From assembly GCA_048941015.1 (NCBI GenBank), contig JBHLNZ010000096.1:1-10493 (forward strand): a DNA stretch of 10,493 bases, read 5' to 3'. This DNA comes from Promethearchaeota archaeon (GTDB lineage Archaea; Asgardarchaeota; Lokiarchaeia; Sigyniarchaeales; SOKP01). The translations under genes were made by a program, and so were the position numbers. Of this stretch, positions 7,068-10,493 are shown one piece after another. Each line of letters begins with the position of its first letter. Positions within the stretch are counted from its first letter, which is position 1. The notes under the pieces were generated by a model. That model was given only the letters and a program-made list of their open reading frames with translations. It was not told where the DNA came from and searched no databases.

Positions 7068-9881
7068 ATGATTGAAGCACATGACAAATCCATAGAAAAT
7101 TTATATGAAATCTTGGATACAAATAAAGAAGGATTAACATCTTTAGAAGCGGATCTAAGAATAGAAAAATATGGTTTAAATGAATTGAGCACAGGAAAAA
7201 AGATCCATCCATCAAAGATTTTCCTTAATCAGTTTAAAAATTTATTAATTATAATCTTAATTATTGCAGGATTGATTACAACTGCTATAGGAATTATTGA
7301 AAACGATACCAAGGTAATTATCGAAGTCATTGCCATCATAATAGTTATTATCTTAAATGCTGGACTAGGTTTTTATCAAGAATATTCCGCTGAAAAAGCA
7401 ATTGAAGCTTTAAGATCTCTTTCAAGAAGTGAGGTTATTATCCTAAGAGATAATCAAAAAATAAAAAAAAATGCTGAATTTCTGGTGCCAGGGGATATAG
7501 TTCTATTAGAAGCAGGAAATGTAATCCCTGCTGATATCCGGTTGATAAAAAGCTATGAAATCAATGTAAATGAAGCAATATTAACAGGAGAATCAACTTC
7601 AGTACGAAAAGATATCATGATCTTGCCTCATGAAACCCCTTTAGCAGAGAGAAAAAATGTTCTATATAAAGGTACATCTATTTCAAGCGGATCTGGAAGA
7701 GGATTAGTATTTTCTACGGGACTCAATACTGAACTTGGAAAAATTGCCTCTTCTTTATCTGGAATCAAACAAGAAGATACACCTATTCAAAAAAAATTGA
7801 AATTATTAGCAAAACAATTGACAATTTTTATAGCTATTATTGCTGTGAGTATTTTTATTATTCAAATTATATTTATAGGTTTAGAAGAATTCACAGAATT
7901 ATTTATTTTTGCGATAGGACTCGCAGTTGCTGCAGTACCAGAAGGACTTCCCGCAGTTATGACCCTTTCTTTAGCAATCGGAGTAACTCGAATGGCACGA
8001 CAAAAAGCTCTTATTCGAAAGCTCCCCGCAGTAGAAGCTCTTGGGTCCAGTACTGTAATCTCAACTGATAAAACTGGTACTTTAACTAAAAATGAAATGA
8101 CGGTCACTCTTGTATGGACTATAAATCACCAATATAATGTTACAGGAACGGGATATACGAATATTGGTCAGATTATGAAAGTAGAAACCGCCAAGCAAAT
8201 TGACCCTAATTATAAACCAGAGTTAGAATCTCTAATAGAAATTGGAGCATTAGCAAATGAAGCTTCGATTGAATTCAAAGGAGAAGGAATTCCTTATAAG
8301 ACTTTTGGAGACCCAACTGAGATAGCATTATTAATTTTGGCAGAAAAAGGGCAAACAATTGAAAAAGTAAAAAGTAACTGGGAGATTGAATATTTATTTC
8401 CATTCGATAGTAATCGTAAAAGAATGAGCATTATTTCGAGAAATATTACTACAGGGCAATATCGAATTATGGTAAAAGGTGCATTGGACATATTGATTAA
8501 CCTATGTAATTCATATTTAGAGAATGGTGAAGATATCCCATTATCAGAAGAAATGAAAGAAAAGATTATTAAAATTAGTAATCGGTTTTCTTCAAATTTT
8601 GCTTATCGAATCTTAGGATTTGCTTTAAAAGATATTACATCTGAAGAATCGGAAAGGCTACTTGAAGAGAAGAACAGCAATTTAGTTGAGGATAATCTTA
8701 TATTTGTAGGGTTCGTGGGAATGATTGATCCCCCAAGGGAATCATCAAAACCTGCTATATTGAAAGCAAAAGAAGCTGGGATTAGAATAATAATGATAAC
8801 TGGAGATCATACTGAGACTGCAAAAGCAATTGGGAGAGAAATTGGAATATGTGGAACAATGGAACCAATCACAGGAGTTATGCTCGAAAAAATGTCAGAT
8901 GAGGATCTTGAGAGAGTTATTCAGGATGTTGAGATCTTTGCGAGAGTAGATCCCTCACATAAATTACGCATTATTAATGCTTTGAAGAAACATGATGAAA
9001 TTGTAATTATGACGGGTGATGGCGTAAATGACGCACCTGCACTTAAACGAGCTGATATCGGGGTTGCTATGGGTATAACTGGAACAGATGTTGCTAAAGA
9101 AGCAAGTGATATGATATTAGTGGACGATAATTTTGCGAATATTATTGAAGCTGTAAGTGAAGGTCGGAGAATTTATGACAATATTAAAAAATTCATTAGT
9201 TATTTATTATCCGCTAATGCTGGTGAGGTTTTAACTGTATTAGCTATTGTTTTATTAGGACTTATTTTATTTGGATATATATTTCTCCCTATTCTAGCAA
9301 TACAATTATTATATATTAACTTAGTAACTGATACTTTTCCTGCTCTTGCCTTAGGGGTAAATCCCGCAGAAGAAGATCTAATGAAAAGAAAGCCAAGAGA
9401 TCCAAAAGAACCATTACTTAATAAAAATTTGATAATCTTTATAATATCATTCGGGATCTTAAATGCGTTAGGATGTACTTTCTTGTTTCTTTGGAGTATT
9501 AATTTTAATTTTGCTCTAAACGTAGAATCTATGGATTTAACAAGACAAAGAACCATAATTTTTGCGGCACTTGTCATCTATCAAACTATCCAATGTCTTT
9601 GTATTAGCCAGAATACCACAATCTTCTCAAAAAATACTTTTAAAAATAAAACATTGATTGGCGCACTTTTATTATGCATTCTATTGCTTCTTTTTGCGAT
9701 CTACATCCCATTCATGCAAATCTTCATCAGAACGTATCCCCTTGAACCGATAGATTGGCTTATAATTTTAATTACAGCGATTCCTATTCTTCTCTTCCAA
9801 GAAATATATGAGAAGATACTAATAAGACATGAAAAAAATCTTTTTCATTTCAACATCAAAAAGAATACCCTTCTGGTATAA
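7068..9881 (+). CDS. P-type cation-transporting ATPase, type IIA (SERCA/PMR1-like, probable Ca2+ pump), 937 aa
   Basis: LTGES, VPEGLP, DKTGTLT phosphorylation site, [26 protein letters not shown]5 SANAGE and M6 INLVTD. ATG 7068 preferred; GTG 7056 is possible but may be part of an SD-like TGTGA. Confidence 0.95.
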   Translation: MIEAHDKSIENLYEILDTNKEGLTSLEADLRIEKYGLNELSTGKKIHPSKIFLNQFKNLLIIILIIAGLITTAIGIIENDTKVIIEVIAIIIVIILNAGLGFYQEYSAEKAIEALRSLSRSEVIILRDNQKIKKNAEFLVPGDIVLLEAGNVIPADIRLIKSYEINVNEAILTGESTSVRKDIMILPHETPLAERKNVLYKGTSISSGSGRGLVFSTGLNTELGKIASSLSGIKQEDTPIQKKLKLLAKQLTIFIAIIAVSIFIIQIIFIGLEEFTELFIFAIGLAVAAVPEGLPAVMTLSLAIGVTRMARQKALIRKLPAVEALGSSTVISTDKTGTLTKNEMTVTLVWTINHQYNVTGTGYTNIGQIMKVETAKQIDPNYKPELESLIEIGALANEASIEFKGEGIPYKTFGDPTEIALLILAEKGQTIEKVKSNWEIEYLFPFDSNRKRMSIISRNITTGQYRIMVKGALDILINLCNSYLENGEDIPLSEEMKEKIIKISNRFSSNFAYRILGFALKDITSEESERLLEEKNSNLVEDNLIFVGFVGMIDPPRESSKPAILKAKEAGIRIIMITGDHTETAKAIGREIGICGTMEPITGVMLEKMSDEDLERVIQDVEIFARVDPSHKLRIINALKKHDEIVIMTGDGVNDAPALKRADIGVAMGITGTDVAKEASDMILVDDNFANIIEAVSEGRRIYDNIKKFISYLLSANAGEVLTVLAIVLLGLILFGYIFLPILAIQLLYINLVTDTFPALALGVNPAEEDLMKRKPRDPKEPLLNKNLIIFIISFGILNALGCTFLFLWSINFNFALNVESMDLTRQRTIIFAALVIYQTIQCLCISQNTTIFSKNTFKNKTLIGALLLCILLLLFAIYIPFMQIFIRTYPLEPIDWLIILITAIPILLFQEIYEKILIRHEKNLFHFNIKKNTLLV
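9821..9831 (+). repeat. 11-bp direct repeat AATAAGACATG, right copy, overlapping an 8-bp-stem inverted repeat (9829-9848)
   Basis: Exact match to 7046-7056; overlapped by ATGAAAAA-AATC-TTTTTCAT. Confidence 0.75.
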
Positions 9882-10308
9882 TCTTCGCTTCTTTGCTAAT
9901 CTAGAGCGATGGGGTGCGATAATTGTATATGAACCTTATAAATATGCTTTTTCAAAGTATATGAATCCTAATGTAACAAAAGAGATGGTTTTAAATCAAC
10001 CAGTTGAAGCGATGTCCGAGTTATTACTTAGCTTTTAGTATATATATGATTTAGAAACACGTGTTAAAAAATTCAGGGAGACTGTTGATGAATGGAATAT
10101 TGATGGTGTTATCTTACATAATAATATGTCATGCAGACCTAATTCATGCGGACTTTACGATTTAAAGCGAAAATTAGGAGATGACTATGATATTCCATGT
10201 CTAATCATTGACGCGGATATGAATGATCCTCGTAAGCTGAATGAAACTCAAGTGTTAAATAAAATAGAGAGTTTTATCGAAATCCTTAGAGAAAGAAAGA
10301 AAAACTAA
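9865..10308 (+). pseudogene. 5'-truncated remnant of a second dehydratase alpha gene (residues 274-420) with internal TAG at 10036-10038
   Basis: Collinear with 6267-6710 over 444 nt with no indels. Hand count: 88 nt differences, 134/147 aa identical. ORF-track entries 9829..10038 and 10126..10308 are one frame split by TGG(W331)->TAG. Confidence 0.93.
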
Positions 10309-10329
10309 GTTTTATTATATTTTTTTAAA

Positions 10330-10341
10330 TCTTTTCTTAAT
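10330..10341 (+). terminator. TCTTTTCTTAAT within a T-rich tract downstream of the remnant (possible terminator)
   Basis: Same 12-mer as 6738-6749, flanked by T runs. Confidence 0.35.
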
Positions 10342-10446
10342 CCTTTTTGTAATGATTCTAATCCTTAACAAATATCTAATATTTATATCATGGTGTTAAA
10401 TTATTCTAATAGTAAAAAATAAATTATTAAAAAAAAAAAAATAAAT

Positions 10447-10493
10447 ATGGCAGAATTAACGCAATTTGACATTATTAACGGATTACTAACTAT
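10447..10493 (+). CDS. Possible 5' end of a hypothetical protein running off the right edge
   Basis: ATG 10447 is open to the window end (MAELTQFDIINGLLT) after an AT-rich intergenic region; only 15 codons are visible. Confidence 0.45.
   Translation, partial: MAELTQFDIINGLLT

Noticed and set aside
7862-9577. Minus-strand ORFs 7862..8107, 8294..8491 and 9200..9577
   Set aside because: Antisense shadows of the ATPase.
10036-10038. In-frame TAG as recoding (pyrrolysine or readthrough)
   Set aside because: It replaces Trp TGG by a single G->A in a fragment already missing 273 N-terminal residues, and TAG serves as a normal stop at 5431-5433. A sequencing error cannot be excluded.
9865-10308. 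Template repeat of a diversity-generating retroelement
   Set aside because: Differences are mostly synonymous third positions involving all bases, not adenine-specific, and no reverse transcriptase is in the window.
9829-10308. ORF-track entries 9829..10038 and 10126..10308 as independent genes
   Set aside because: They are two pieces of one interrupted frame; the first 12 residues ([12 protein letters not shown]) are non-homologous off-frame ATPase sequence.
1-10493. tRNA, rRNA, CRISPR array, IS or integrase
   Set aside because: No GC-rich structured RNA segment, no regularly spaced repeat-spacer array, and no transposase or recombinase motifs seen.

Overview
AT-rich archaeal chromosomal segment. 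The Sm-rpl37e pair is archaeal; Asgard/Lokiarchaeia is my inference from the Roadblock gene, composition and protein style. Minus strand (left): Sm/Lsm -> rpl37e -> Roadblock/LC7 -> E1-like MoeB/ThiF enzyme, which runs off the left edge and is missing from the ORF track. Plus strand: a membrane-anchored, sequon-rich DUF6259-like putative glycoside hydrolase, a 2-hydroxyacyl-CoA dehydratase (HGD-D) beta/alpha pair, a P2A-type Ca2+ ATPase, and a headless second copy of the last 147 codons of the dehydratase alpha gene. That copy is about 80% nt / 91% aa identical by hand count, has no indels, and carries one TGG->TAG stop. The most unusual signal is architectural: both accessory-looking genes (hydrolase, ATPase) sit between direct repeats of neighbouring host sequence with no integrase or transposase in the window. 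The ATPase is also bracketed by an exact 11-bp direct repeat and takes its stop codon from the remnant.
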